This document shows positions 29,040 through 42,315 of a stretch of DNA of 64,000 nt, piece after piece. The first letter of the stretch is position 1. The number at the start of each line of letters is the position of its first letter. Origin of the DNA: the human T2T-CHM13v2.0 reference genome, Homo sapiens; assembly GCF_009914755.1 (NCBI RefSeq), contig NC_060944.1; one strand, written 5' to 3'. Made by a program: the position numbers and the translations under genes. The notes beneath the pieces were generated by a model that was not told the DNA's origin, searched no databases, and worked only from the letters and a program-made list of their open reading frames with translations.

Positions 29040-30510
29040 TAAGAAGATAATTGAAAACAAACAACCCGATTAAAAATTGGGACAAAATGAGAATGTAAAC
29101 TGGCGTAGTCATTATGGGAAATAGTATGGAAGTTCCTAAGAAAGTTAAAAAATAAAACTACTGTATTAGTCTGTTTTTCACACTGCTGATAAAGACATAT
29201 CTGAGACTAGGAAGAAAAAGAGGTTGAATTGGACTTACAGATCCATATGGCTGGGGAGGCCTCAGAATCATGGCGGGAGGTGAAAGGTACTTCTTACATG
29301 GTGGTGGCAAGAGAAAATGAGGATGATGCAAAAGTGGAAACCTCCGATAAAACCATCAGATCTCATGAGACTTATTCACTACCATGAAAACAGTATGGGG
29401 GAAACTGCCCCCATGATTAAAATTATCTCCCACTGGGTCCCTCCCACAACACATGGGAATTATGGGAGTACAATTAAAAATGAGATTTGGGTGGGGACAC
29501 AGAGCAAAACCATATCAACTACCATATGATTCAGCAATCCACTTCTGGGTATATCTAAAAAAGTGAAAGAAGGGTCTCAAAGTGGTAGCTGTAGCCCCAG
29601 GTTCATTGCAGCATTATTCACAATAGCCAAGATATGGGAATGACCTATGTGTCCATCAGTGGATGAATGGAAAAAGGAAATATATATATGGACACACACA
29701 TATACATATACATGTGTGTAAATACACACACACAACAGAATAGTTATTCAATCATACAAAAGAAGGAAATATTGGCATTTGAAACAACATGGATGAACCT
29801 GGAGGACTTTAGGATAAGTGAAATAAGCTAGACACAGAAAGACAAATACTATATGATCTCACTTTTATGTGGAATCTAAAAAAGTTGAATTCATAGAAGC
29901 AGAGAGTAAAATGGTGATTATCAGGGGCTAAGGTCCAGGGAAAATTTTGGTCAAAAGGTACATACTTTCACTCATAAGATGAATAAGTTGCATGGTAAAT
30001 ATAAGTTAATAATACTGTTTTGCTTACTTGAAATTTGCTAAGAGTAGATTGTAAGGGTCCTCACCACACCCTACAACAAAAACAAAAAAGTAGCTATGTA
30101 TGGTGGTGGATGTGTTGAATATATATATACACATACACACACACACACACACCATGGAATACTACTCAACCATAAAAATAACAAAATAATGTCTTTTGCA
30201 GCAACGTGGATGGAACTGGAGGCCATTATCCTAAGTGAAGCAACTTAAGGACAGAAACCAAATACTGCATGTTCTCACTTGAAAGTGGGAGCTAAGCCAT
30301 GTGTATACCGGGGCGTAGGGTAGCATAATGGATATTGGAGACTCCAAAGAAGGGAGGGTGGGAGTGGAATGAGGGTGAAAGTTACTTATTGGGTACAATG
30401 TATACTACTCAGGTGACAGGTACATTAAAAGCCCAGACTTTGCCACTATATAATCACATCCATGTAACCAAAAACCACTTGTACCCTAAAGCTATGATTT
30501 TTTTTTAAAA
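29040..30510 (+). mobile_element. L1MA/L1PB 3' fragments (two nested or adjacent ends)
   Basis: cagcaatccacttctgggtat, gacacagaaagacaaatact, caccatggaatactactcaaccataaa and gtaaccaaaaaccacttgtaccc. Confidence 0.8.
29162..29517 (-). mobile_element. THE1A/B solo LTR nested in L1M
   Basis: Perfect TSD ACTAC at 29157-29161 and 29518-29522; splits the L1 motif aaactac|catatgattcagcaatcc. Confidence 0.92.
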
Positions 30511-31473
30511 GAACCTTCTACAGAGCCCCCAATAGTTCAGGTTCTCAGTCCCCAACTTTAGGGTATTCTGAATAGCAGCTACGGGATGAGACTAGGGCAT
30601 GGAATTTTTAATACATTCCCTAGGAAATTCTAAAAGCTTTGGAACCAATGCTATAATATACCTCCTTCATTACTCAGGAAAGGAAACTGAAGCCCAGAAT
30701 CTTACATGTGAAAGAAAACAACCATAACCATAATATGATAATGATAGGAGCACTTATTATCAGTCAGGCACTGTAATATGTGCTTTCATTATATCAGATG
30801 CTTATGCTATAAGTACTGTCATTATTCCCACTGTACAGATGAGGAGCCAGAGGTTCAGAGAGGTTATGTAACTTGCTCAAGGTCACACAGCTAGTACGTG
30901 GCAAAGCTAGCAATCTGATTGCAGAATTCTTACCCTCAACTACTGGGCTATACTACCTCTTCTTACATAATTTATATGTATCCGTCACATAGTAGAGCCT
31001 GACCACCCTGGAAGCATTGAATATACAGTCTTATACTCCAGGATAAAGTCAAATAGGTAAGTATATGCCTCAGTTTTAACACTGCCCTCATGTGGACACA
31101 ATTCTGTTGTCTTTTATAATTTATCAGCTTCTGAGGAATTCCTAAGTGCTGATAATGGCAGAGGCTGTGCACATTTGGGGAAAAGAAATATATGAAATAT
31201 CGCTGGAGACTATGTTAAATGTTTAATAAACAACCTCCTTTAATCCTGATAGCAATTCTGTGAGGTAGGTACTTTTATCCCCATTTTACAGATGAGAAAA
31301 CTGAGGCTGAGAAAAGCAGATGCCTTGTTCCAGGTCACACAGCCAGTAATCTGCAGGGCAGAGATTGCAACCTAGGTCTGCCAAGCTTCATGTTTTCACT
31401 CTATTGCTTTTATCTTATCTGCTGTAACTCCTCAGTCTCCTCCAGCTGTCACACACACTCAGAAGAGATCTGT

Positions 31474-31854
31474 TGTTATGGCTGAATCATATTGCCCCCA
31501 AAGATGCTGAAGTCCTAACCCCCTGTGAATGTGACCTTATTTGGAAACAGGATCTTTGCAGATGATCAAGTTAAGATGAGGTTATTAGGGTGGGCCCTAA
31601 TCCAACATGACTGCTTCCATATGATGAAGGGGAAATTTAGACATGCATAGAGGGAAGATGACATGAAGATGCAGGGAGGAGATGGCCATCTACAAGCCAA
31701 TGAGAGGGGCGTGGAACACGTTCTCCCTGATGACCCGCAGAAGGAACCAATTCTGCTGACAACTTTATTTTGAACTTTTGGCCTTCAGCACTGTGAGACA
31801 ATACATTTCTGTTGCTTAAGCCACCAGGGCATGGTAGCCCAAGGAACAAACGCA
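31474..31854 (+). mobile_element. MLT1B-like LTR
   Basis: tgttatggctgaat...gtgaccttatttggaaacagg...ggccatctacaagcca...atttctgttgcttaagccacc. Confidence 0.8.
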
Positions 31855-31978
31855 AGTATTTTCAAACTGAGCCTGCGGCTTCGACCCTTTCATTTTTTTT
31901 TTTTTTTCACCGTAAACAGCATCTGCAGACCCCCCTTCCCCACGAGAGGGTAGATGCCCTTCCCAGAGTGGCACTGAC

Positions 31979-32048
31979 CTTCCTCTAAGTGCTGAACTGT
32001 GTGGGTCGACACCACCACTGGAACCCCGTTCAGAGCAGACGCGTTGTC
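31979..32048 (-). CDS. BCAS1: BCAS1 coding exon 3 (70 nt; DNASALNGVPVVVSTHTVQHLEE+G)
   Basis: Acceptor tgctctgtttcag|GAC at 32049/32048; donor GAAG|gtcagt at 31979/31978. The peptide is visible in ORF 31890..32213(-) and joins exons 2 and 4 in frame. Confidence 0.96.
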
Positions 32049-32540
32049 CTGAAACAGAGCACGTGGCATTGTGAGACAAATCTTCGGGGGAAAATCAGAA
32101 GAACTCAAGGAAGAACCTCTAAGATACAAGGGTGTCTCACAAAAAATTAAACTTAACTTAAAGGCTGTGTTTCTAGAAACTCCCCAGTTTTCTATCATGC
32201 CTTGGAGAACCAAAATAACTCACTCCAAGAGTGGACTCCAGTTATTATGAGAGCACACCATGGTGCCTCAGCTCAGGGGACCCCACACTCACAGGAAGCT
32301 CTGACCCGTCGCACGGAGGGGACCCCAGGCTCAAATGGGCATTTGTCAAGTCAGGGCTGGAGCACGAATTTAATATGCTGATTCTGACACCTTTTAGGTT
32401 ATCCTCGCTCCACTGTCTTGCACACACAGACACAATCAATCAGCAGCCAGGACTTCAGTCAACACACTTGTCAAATACAGGAAGTTCTTTTTTTTTTTTT
32501 TTTTTTTCTGCTGATGCCCCTGTAATGGTTACTACACTAC

Positions 32541-32612
32541 CTGGTAAGTCTCTGCTTCTGGTTCATTCTCTTGGTCTTCAACTCTTTGGGGAACACTCAT
32601 TTGGTTACCCAT
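32541..32612 (-). CDS. BCAS1: BCAS1 exon 2 coding part (MGNQMSVPQRVEDQENEPEAETYQ); whole exon 32617-32541 with 5 nt of 5'UTR
   Basis: Minus strand reads ctctttctctccattatag|GAGCA ATG GGT AAC CAA ATG AGT...ACT TAC CAG|gtagtg. Kozak context has G at -3 and G at +4. Matches the known BCAS1 N-terminus. Confidence 0.96.
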
Positions 32613-32750
32613 TGCTCCTATAATGGAGAGAAAGAGAGGAAGAGAGAAAGAAATCAAAACCAAACGAAGCTACATGTGCTACTAAGGTGCAGAGGCCTGA
32701 CAAGCCGCCCATGGCTGTATTATCATCAGCTGAGATCAGAACAAATTGCT

Positions 32751-33107
32751 TGTATTAGTCCGTTCTCACACTGCTATGAAGAAATACCCGAGACTGGGTA
32801 ATTTATAAAGAAAAGAGGTTGAATTGACTCATGGTTCCGCATGGCTGGGGAGACCGCAGGAAACTTACAATCGTGGCAGAAGACACCTCTCCACAGGACA
32901 CCAGAAGAATGAGTGCGAGCTGGGGAAATGCCAGATGCTTATAAAACCATCAGATCTCGCGAGACTCACTCAGTATCACGAGAACAGCGTGGAGGAACCC
33001 GCCCCCATGATCCAATTACCTCCACCTGGTCCCATCCTTGACGTGGGGATTATGAGGATTACAATTCAAGGTAAGATTTTACGTAGAGACACAACCAAAC
33101 TATATCA
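32751..33107 (-). mobile_element. THE1C/D-like solo LTR, 133 bp upstream of the exon 2 acceptor
   Basis: Perfect TSD TTGCT at 32746-32750 and 33108-33112. Confidence 0.92.
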
Positions 33108-33469
33108 TTGCTTATATTTATTTTGGGAAATAGAAAGGAGATTTTGGACTCATGTATTCAACAGAATTAAAGTTAAATGCAGTCATAATTTTCAGTTGCA
33201 TTTCATTGCTAGGGGAAAATATTTATCATCATGAAAAGTGTATTCAGTGTAGATAGCATTTTTTTCTCTTTTAGTTAAAGTCACAGCTATTAGGATTTTA
33301 GAATGAGGGTAATTGAAATAATAATATTTTTTTCTGATTCTCAAACTAAATTAATTCCCCTATTAAAACCTTTTACACTACGGCCTTTTTTTTTTCATAG
33401 CATTTAGCAGGGCTTGTAATTATATACTTACTTGGGTATATATTCATGCTTTCACTGATTTAGCACATA

Positions 33470-33793
33470 TGGTCATGTGTCACTTAAGGGCGAGAAAATG
33501 TTCTGAGAAATGCATCATTAGATGATTTCATGGTTGTATGAACATCATAGATAGTATAGCCTACTACACTCCTAGGCTGTATGGTATAACCTATCGTTCC
33601 TAGGCCACTAACTTGCACAGCACGCAACCACATTGAACACTCTGGGAAATTGTGACACACTGGGAAGTATTTGTGTACCTAAACATATCGAAACAGAAAA
33701 AGTCCAGTAAATACATAGTATTATAATGTCATGTGACCACTAAGTATATGTGGTCCATCATTGACTAAGGTATCATTATGCAGTGTATGACTG
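33470..33793. mobile_element. Tigger3a-like (TcMar) MITE
   Basis: TIR-like ends ggtcatgtgtcacttaa / ttatgcagtgtatgactg; internal gcctactacactcctaggctgtatggtata. Confidence 0.7.
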
Positions 33794-34198
33794 TGTCTAT
33801 TGAGCACAGCTCTGCACCTGTTGCTGGGCTGGGCACTAGGGTTACAGCTGTAAATTAAACAGGCAAGGCCCTCTGACTTCATGGAGCTGAAGTATGGTGC
33901 ACAGGGAGAGAGTTAACATAGGAACAATAAATCCACAAACGAGGTTGTTTCTGATAGTTCAAGGCAGCATGGCACAGTGGTTATGACCACAGACTCTAGA
34001 GCAAGACTGCCTGGGCATGAATCCTCTCTCTGCCCCTTGTAGCTGTGTGTCCTTGGGAGAGTTAATTAGCCTCTCTGTGCCTCATAAGACTGCTATAAGG
34101 ACCCAATGAGTTAATGCTTGTGACGTGGTTAGAACAATGTCTAGCTCATGTTAAGCAAAACATATCTGCTTATTAAACAAAAATGCATAGGGTTCTAA

Positions 34199-34528
<330 letters not shown>

Positions 34529-35764
34529 TAATAACATTACGTGAGATGGGATCATATGGGAGATGGCAGGTTGTGGCACTGCTGGGTAGGATGGTTCTGA
34601 AATGACTGTTAATGTGGTTATTGTCCCATAGGTGAAGGGCAAAGTTGAATATTTAATTTATGTCTCCCTTCCACAAGAAATTGTAAGCACCCTGACGTCA
34701 AAGGCAGTGTCTACCTTCACCCAATTTTGTATCTCCTAATCTTAGCAGTGTGTTTGCATTTACTGGGAGCTTAATTATTGTTAGTCAATGGAGGGAATAA
34801 CGATTGATAGCATCTCTCACATATGAGGCACAGACCTAGGTACATGACCACATCATCACCAAACCTCTGAAGAGCTTCGTTATAATAATGTATGATATAT
34901 AATAATAATGATGATAATAGCAAATCATTACTTAGCATGTTCTCAATTCCAAGCTCTAATTTTGGAGTGCTTCACCTGTATTGTCTCATGTAGTCCTATA
35001 GCACTCCTGTGAGATAGAGGTATCATGATTTCATTCTTCATATGAGGTAGCCGAAACTCGAGGGGGTTAAATCATTTTCCAAAGGTCACCCAGTTAATGA
35101 GCAAGATTCAAACACAGTCTGGCTGTGCTCCTAACCACCGGAATGTTCTGCATATTACTAGCTTCCCTTAAAAAGGAGGAATGGAACCTCCAAGACCCAC
35201 CAAGGGCAAACATCCAGTGAGGAATTGACTCCTAGTATATCTGATCCCTACACAAGGACTCTTGCAGCCACTCCAAAGGCCTGCTGTCTTGCCACCTAAA
35301 GTTCTTTTGCACATGTAATTCCAATGTAGCCCATCTCCAAAGACCTAGCTTCTGGCTTATCTGCTCTAGTGGCTCTCGGAATAAAAATTAGGACTTTTGA
35401 TTTCTGGCTGAAAGGAGTCAATGAGTCACCAGGGATTCTTGTGGATCTCTCGCCATTGGTGTGAGTTTTTATTCCCTGGTAGTAGACGCATTGAGCAATT
35501 AGATATTGAGGAGGCCAAAAAAAGGGTCATGGATCTCACCATGTGTTCTCTTGCAGGAATTTAATACATAACCAAATCTGGGGATTTTGTATGTCTTCTG
35601 ATCATACCACATAATAAAGCTGAGCACTGTTAAAACATGTAGGACACTTGTTGTTTTGTGCTATTTTCTATTTATAAAATCCGTGACTCACACACTTGCA
35701 TCAGATCATCGCTTCTGTCTGTTAATGGGACATTATGAATAATATAATATTGAATCCTCAAGAC

Positions 35765-36090
35765 CAGGGTTGGCAAAGAACAGCGGTGGCTGGATTCAGC
35801 TCACTGCCTGTTTTAGTAGGCCAGTGAGCTAAAAATGAGTTTTAAATTTATAAATGGTTGGAAAAAAATTAGAAGAATCATAGAATGTGACACATGAAAA
35901 TTATATGAAAGTCAAATTTTGGCATCCATAAATAAAGTTTTGCTGGAAGATAGTCATGCCCTTTTATTTATATATTGTCTATGATGGCTTTCATGCTATA
36001 ATGGCAGAACTGAGTAGTTGCAACAGACACCTATGGCCTGCAAAGCCTAAGATATTTACTATCTGGCTCTTTACAGAAAGTTTACCAGGA
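35765..36090 (+). mobile_element. MER58B-like hAT element
   Basis: cagggttggcaaa...aataaagttttgctggaa...ggcctgcaaagcctaagatatttactatctggctctttacagaaagttt. Confidence 0.75.
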
Positions 36091-38995
36091 TTTGAGCCTA
36101 CTGTGTATAAAAACAATGACAACAACTCTAAAAAATCATAGAAATGATAGAGTAATAACAATAACAACATTTGGTGAGTGCTTACCATCTGTTGAGAAAC
36201 TTCTAGGAGCTTTATTTGCAGTAAAACTAATTTGCTCTTTGCAGCAATTCAACAAGACAGAGGTATTATTATTTCAATTTTGCTGGTGTGGAAACTGAGG
36301 CACGCAGGTTAAATGTCTCAGTCAAGGATACGCGCAAACACATACGTTCATATATACACATGCAAGAATATATACACACAAAGTATCTCTATCTAAATTC
36401 AGCTTTTAACAAGTTTTAAAATTATTTTAACAGTAGGATTACAAGCTTTATTTTAAAGCTCTTACTATTTAATGTAAATTCAATCCTAACAAAGCTACTT
36501 TGAATCAACACTTGAGGTTATGAAAAACCTTGGTGCTGGAAGACGCATGGTGTACAGAAGTAGGAGAGAAGATTTTTCTTCCCACAGAGTTGGGGTTACA
36601 TTATTCTGATCATTGCACACCCTAAGTAGCCTCTCGGCCACTTCAAGGTGAAGGGCCCTGAAAGAAGGAAAATCTAATGGCGTGTCTTTTTCAGTGATAA
36701 CCTGGATTCAGATATTGTCACTCTCCACCAGCAGATATAATGCATGTGTCGTGAAATTGCTCCTGCCTGTCCATCAACCTTTTAAAGAACAGGATTCATC
36801 TGGGTGGGACAAAAGCAAAAGGTTACTGCCATCTATTGGCTGATGTCAATATTAGCAGAAATGAATTCAGCCTACAGGACTAGGTCCAAACAACTGGGAA
36901 GGCTGAAAGAAGCATTTTGATGTTTTGCAATGAAGCCTTCTGTTCACAGTTGGCAAGAAGATGGCAACTCCTTCAGTGCCCCAAAGGTCCTGGAACTCGT
37001 AATAATGATAACCATATATGACTTGTATGGAGAGCTTGCCGTATGCCAGCCCAGTGCTGAAGCTCTATGTAGACATCAGTGTAGCACATAGGATAGGAAT
37101 GTGGGCTCTGGAGTTTGGAATCCCTGAGCATCACTGAGCCTCGCTGGGCCTCAGTTTCCTCATCTGTAAAAATGGGGATAATTATAGCCTCCATCTCAAG
37201 GGGCTGGTATGGAGTCAAACCAGTGAATATAAGCAAAGTGCCCTGAACAGGGCCTGGCACATAAAGAGGACTGCACAAGAGTTAGCATGAGTAGGACTCT
37301 CACGGGTATGATCCTTGCTCTTTGAAGCCAGTTTCTCCCACAGGTGCCCGGTAGTGAGACTCTACCGAGGAATCCAGCAACATTTCTGATTCCTGTGATC
37401 CTCTCACCGAAAAGTCAATTTGGGGCCCTGGAATTTGTATTTTTAGCAAATGCCCCAGTGATTCTCATGATCAGACACCTATAGAAAATAGTGTGATGGT
37501 GACCATCTTCAAGCTTTTTCCAGGAGTGAGGATGCTCTAGGACACAGGACTCTTATGTTAAAATTGGAAAACCCTGGGCAAACCAGAATGACTTGGGTGG
37601 AGACTTTTTTTTAAATCCCCGTTTAATAGATGGGAAAACTGAGGCTCAAGGCAGTTCAGACAGTAATTCTTGTCTGTAATAGTTTTCTCCCATTTCTCAA
37701 AAAGGAGAAAAATAAATCAGATAGAGTTTTTCATGATAAACGTACAATTGAAAGAGCTAACTTTCATTTTTGAAAAAGAAAAAGTTTGAATGGGGTGTTA
37801 AAATGCCCTTTCTTTCATGAACTGATTATATGAGTGTTTTGTCTTTATGACCTTATTTTACATTAAACATACGAAGCTATGGTGGGTGGAGGGGTGTTGT
37901 TTTTGAAATTAGACTTGTGTTTGAGGGTTTGGCACTTTGCCACTGGGGGTTGATTGTGGAGGTTCAGATGAGAAAGCCCCTTCACTTCCCCGCCTCCTGC
38001 CTGTGTTATGGGGGCCCATGCCCAGACTGGGCTGCATGTGAGAACCTCCCACAGAGTTCTGAGATCCCCATGCCCAGGCCCCTGCCAAACTGATGACAGC
38101 AGATTCTCTGGGGTGGGGCTGGGCATCGGGGTACTTTCAAGATCTCTAGGTGATTTCCATGGCTGAGAGCCCCTGTTTTGGATATTTCTGGGGTGAGTGA
38201 GTGAGTGTCTCCTGGGGTCAGAACTCTCCTGGCTGCTGCCTACCCTGACCTAGACAACCAAACCCACGGATTCTCAGACGGAGGAATAGCTCAGGCTTCG
38301 GAGTCCACAGACCACCATCACCCAGGCACCTGAATACACTCACAACCCTTCTAGGGGCACTGCTTTGCTGACGCACTGTTTCGTGAGCTTGCAAATCAAG
38401 AGAACTGTCCTGGGCCTCCAGCTTCCCTTCCCCCAGAACTGGCGGGCAGGGCAGGCTTTCCAGCTGGTTATTCAGAAGCAAGCCCAGATGCCCCACCGGA
38501 GGTGGGTGGAGGCTGCCCTCCGCAGTCTCGCTCTCCTGCATCTCTGGGGTTCCCCTCTCTCCTCTTGAGAACAAGAGATCTGGAGTGAGACAGGCATCCG
38601 TAAAATCCCACGATCGTGAGGCTTTGGGCAAAGCACTTGACCCTTCTGAAAGTATCTTTCTTGTGGAAAATGACAGTATTCATAATGGTGGCAATAATAA
38701 ACACATTTAGAGTGTTTTCTCTGTGCTGAGCAGTTCTGATTTGCATATATTTGCCTCTCTTGGTCCTCCCAACAACTCTCTGAGTTAGGTACTTTTATTT
38801 TCCCAGTTGTCTTATGAGAAGCCGGAGCACAGAGAGGTTGAGTGGCATGTCCTGATACATCGTGGTACCGTGCGAAGGGGTAAATGTGATGGGAAAGTGC
38901 CTGGCAGGGCGAGCACCTAGTAGCTATTAGTGATATAGATGTCCCAAACTCAACTCATGATGGTTCGACTGACAATATTTCAACTTTATGATGAG

Positions 38996-39007
38996 TATCT
39001 ATCTATC

Positions 39008-39070
<63 letters not shown>

Positions 39071-39090
39071 ATCTACTTTATCTATCTATC
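38996..39090 (+). repeat. Compound (TCTA)n STR with 15 uninterrupted units at 39009-39068
   Basis: Direct count. Confidence 0.97.
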
Positions 39091-39285
39091 TCACACACAC
39101 TATATATATAACATATTTACAATGTTTAGGGTATTTTATTTTGGTACCAATTTTCCAGGACTATATATCTATATTTCATATTTTGGATATCTTGTCCTAT
39201 TCCTCGATGACTTACATTGCTTTGCTAAACGTTTTCTCCTTGGAAATATGCTGTTCTTTGTTTCTCCCTCACAATAAGTGGAGCA

Positions 39286-39513
39286 CAGCGTTTCTGGAGT
39301 CAGGAGCGATTTTGGCCCCGAAGGGGCATTTGGAAATGCCTGCATGCAGTTTTGATAGTCACGGTTCAGCTTTGGGGGGCGTGCACTGGTATCCGGTGGG
39401 TAGAGGCTGGGGACGCTGCTACATACCCTGCAATGCCAAGGACCGCCCCCTTCCCCCAGCGAAGAATTGTCTGCTTTGCTGAGGGTCGCTAGTGCTGATA
39501 TTGAGGGGCCCTG
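39286..39513 (+). mobile_element. MER20
   Basis: cagcgtttct...gcgatttggccccgaaggggcatttggaaatg...gtgggtagaggc...tgaggggccctg. Confidence 0.8.
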
Positions 39514-39937
39514 CTCTAGTGCCTGGACTTGGGGATGTTCTCCTCGTGTTTGTAGCCAGGTGTCACCTAGGGATCTGCATTTCTGAAAAGCACGTGAGTA
39601 AATTCGTCTGTGGTGGTGAAATAGCGCAAGCCCTCTGCCTGGGCTCCCCTCTGGCTCACCCTGGCCATATGCATAAGCCCTGGCTCCGTGTCTGAGAAGT
39701 GAGGGGTGGAGGGAAGGACCATAATAGATTCCTTGCGTGGAGCTCCTGTGAAGATTAGAAGGGTGTGGCCCATGTGTTGTATAACTGGGTGGCTGGTGCA
39801 CAGCAGCTGAGGAATAGAGATAAGCTGTTAGTATAAGCAGTAAATAAAATGGACCATACATTAGCAGTAGTAATACCTAATATTTTTGTAGCGCCTACCT
39901 TATGCCAGCCATTGCTCTGAATGCTTCTCTGTGTTAA

Positions 39938-40277
<340 letters not shown>

Positions 40278-40356
40278 GAGGCAGGTATTTTTATTGTCCC
40301 CATTTTACAGATGCAGAACCTGAGCCCAGGGAACTTAAACTCCTCACTTAAGATCA

Positions 40357-40742
40357 TGCTATGGATTGAAATGTGTCCTTCCAAAATTCGTGTTGGATTC
40401 GTGTTGAAGCCCTAACGTGCAATATGACTGCATTTGGAAATGTGGCCTCTAAGGAATCAAGGCTAAATGAAATCAGAAGGGTGGACCTTGATCTGATAGA
40501 ATTAGTGTCATTATAAAAAGAGACACCAAAGAGCTCTCTCTGTCTCTCTCTCAACCGTGTGAGGACACAGCAAGAAGGCAGCTGTTGGCTAGCCAGAAAG
40601 AGTGGTCTCACCAGAAATGCATCGGCCAGAACCTTGATCTTGGACTTCCAGCCTCCAGAACTATGAGAAAACAAAAATGACTGTTGTTTAAGCCACCTAG
40701 TCTGTGGTGTTTTGGTTACCACAGCCCAAGCTGACTAATACA
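40357..40742 (+). mobile_element. MLT1A-like LTR inserted in the same MIR
   Basis: tgctatgg...gactaataca; perfect TSD GATCA at 40352-40356 and 40743-40747. Confidence 0.88.
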
Positions 40743-40998
40743 GATCATCTTCTAGTAAGTGGGAGAATGAGGACTTAACCCTCGCAAACTCAAGTCCAGA
40801 GTTTAGACTTTTAACTTTTCTATTTTCATACTTTCTACTGTCTCTTCTGCTGTATAAGTGATGTTATAGTTTTATGAAATATTTATATGTAATATAATAG
40901 AACATGGAATAGAAAATATTTCCTGCATATTCATTCTTGCAATGAGAAAATTATAACTAGGCAAGGAATATATATGGTACAATCTAAAGTGAGGATTA

Positions 40999-41331
<333 letters not shown>

Positions 41332-42315
41332 TCACTGATAATCACTGTAAGGATTTAGCGCCAGGGCTTGGCAGTACTCAGGTGAGTAAACGTTAGTTAT
41401 TGCTAATATTATTCATTTATCTTATTATTGTTATAATTGAGTTAGTTCTGTGTTCTGATCCATGAGTGAATTGGCCTCCTGGAAGCTGCCCTCAAATCCC
41501 TCCTCTTTTACACAGTGATTGATGGTCCATGTCGCCTCCTTGTAGTTACAGATTAATAATAGGCCCTCCTCCTGGAAACAGGCCAAACGCCAAACCCCAT
41601 GCAAGCTGGCCTGGAGAAAGCACTTCTGAAACTTCATCACCAGCAGGCAGCTAGACGACTGTTGAATGGAAGGGGGGGTGGTTTTGAAGGGTGGAATGGT
41701 GACAGAATTAGTCACCAAGTAAACAAGCAACACCTTCGATCAATGCAATGGAATGTAGGTAACCCAGGGGCCCTCCTCACTGCTCAGCTGAGGGTGACGC
41801 CAACATAGCCAGGCTGGCACACCCAGCAGAACCAGCCCTCTGCCCCCAACATCAGTAAAGACCTTGCAGGAGGAAAGAACAACCCCGCTTTGCCTGCCCC
41901 ACAGTCCTGCAGCTCCGTGTGTGTGCCCGCACAGTGCTAGGAACACGGCAGCTATTATCAGGAGTGCCAGGTACAGTGCTACAGGTTGCCTCCTGCACAA
42001 GGGGACACAGGAAACTGAAATCCAGTCCTCACTGAACTGCCCAAGCCCTGATTCCTGGTATGGGACTTTGTGGGTCCAGGGGCAGGGGTGCCTTGATCAA
42101 AATCACCTTGGATGTTTTAGGGCTGCTTGGTGATTGATGTTTTGCTTTCGGAGTACTTAATTATGTTTGCACAAACGGATGGTAATCCTAAAAATCTTAG
42201 AGCTCGCTCTCATAGTCTTATTATTGCACCAAACATTGTTAAGTGCATGATAATCGCAGGTAATTTTAATTGGAGGCTTACTATGTGCCAGGAAGCACCA
42301 GGGTGAGCATAGCAG

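Noticed and set aside
38939-39482. ORFs with LSIY repeats; likewise the HPSI ORF at 58292-58585 and the many Alu-derived ORFs
   Set aside because: Translations of microsatellites and Alu elements.
39169-39861. 230-aa minus-strand ORF
   Set aside because: Runs through a MER20, has no recognisable domain, and chance length is plausible in GC-richer sequence.
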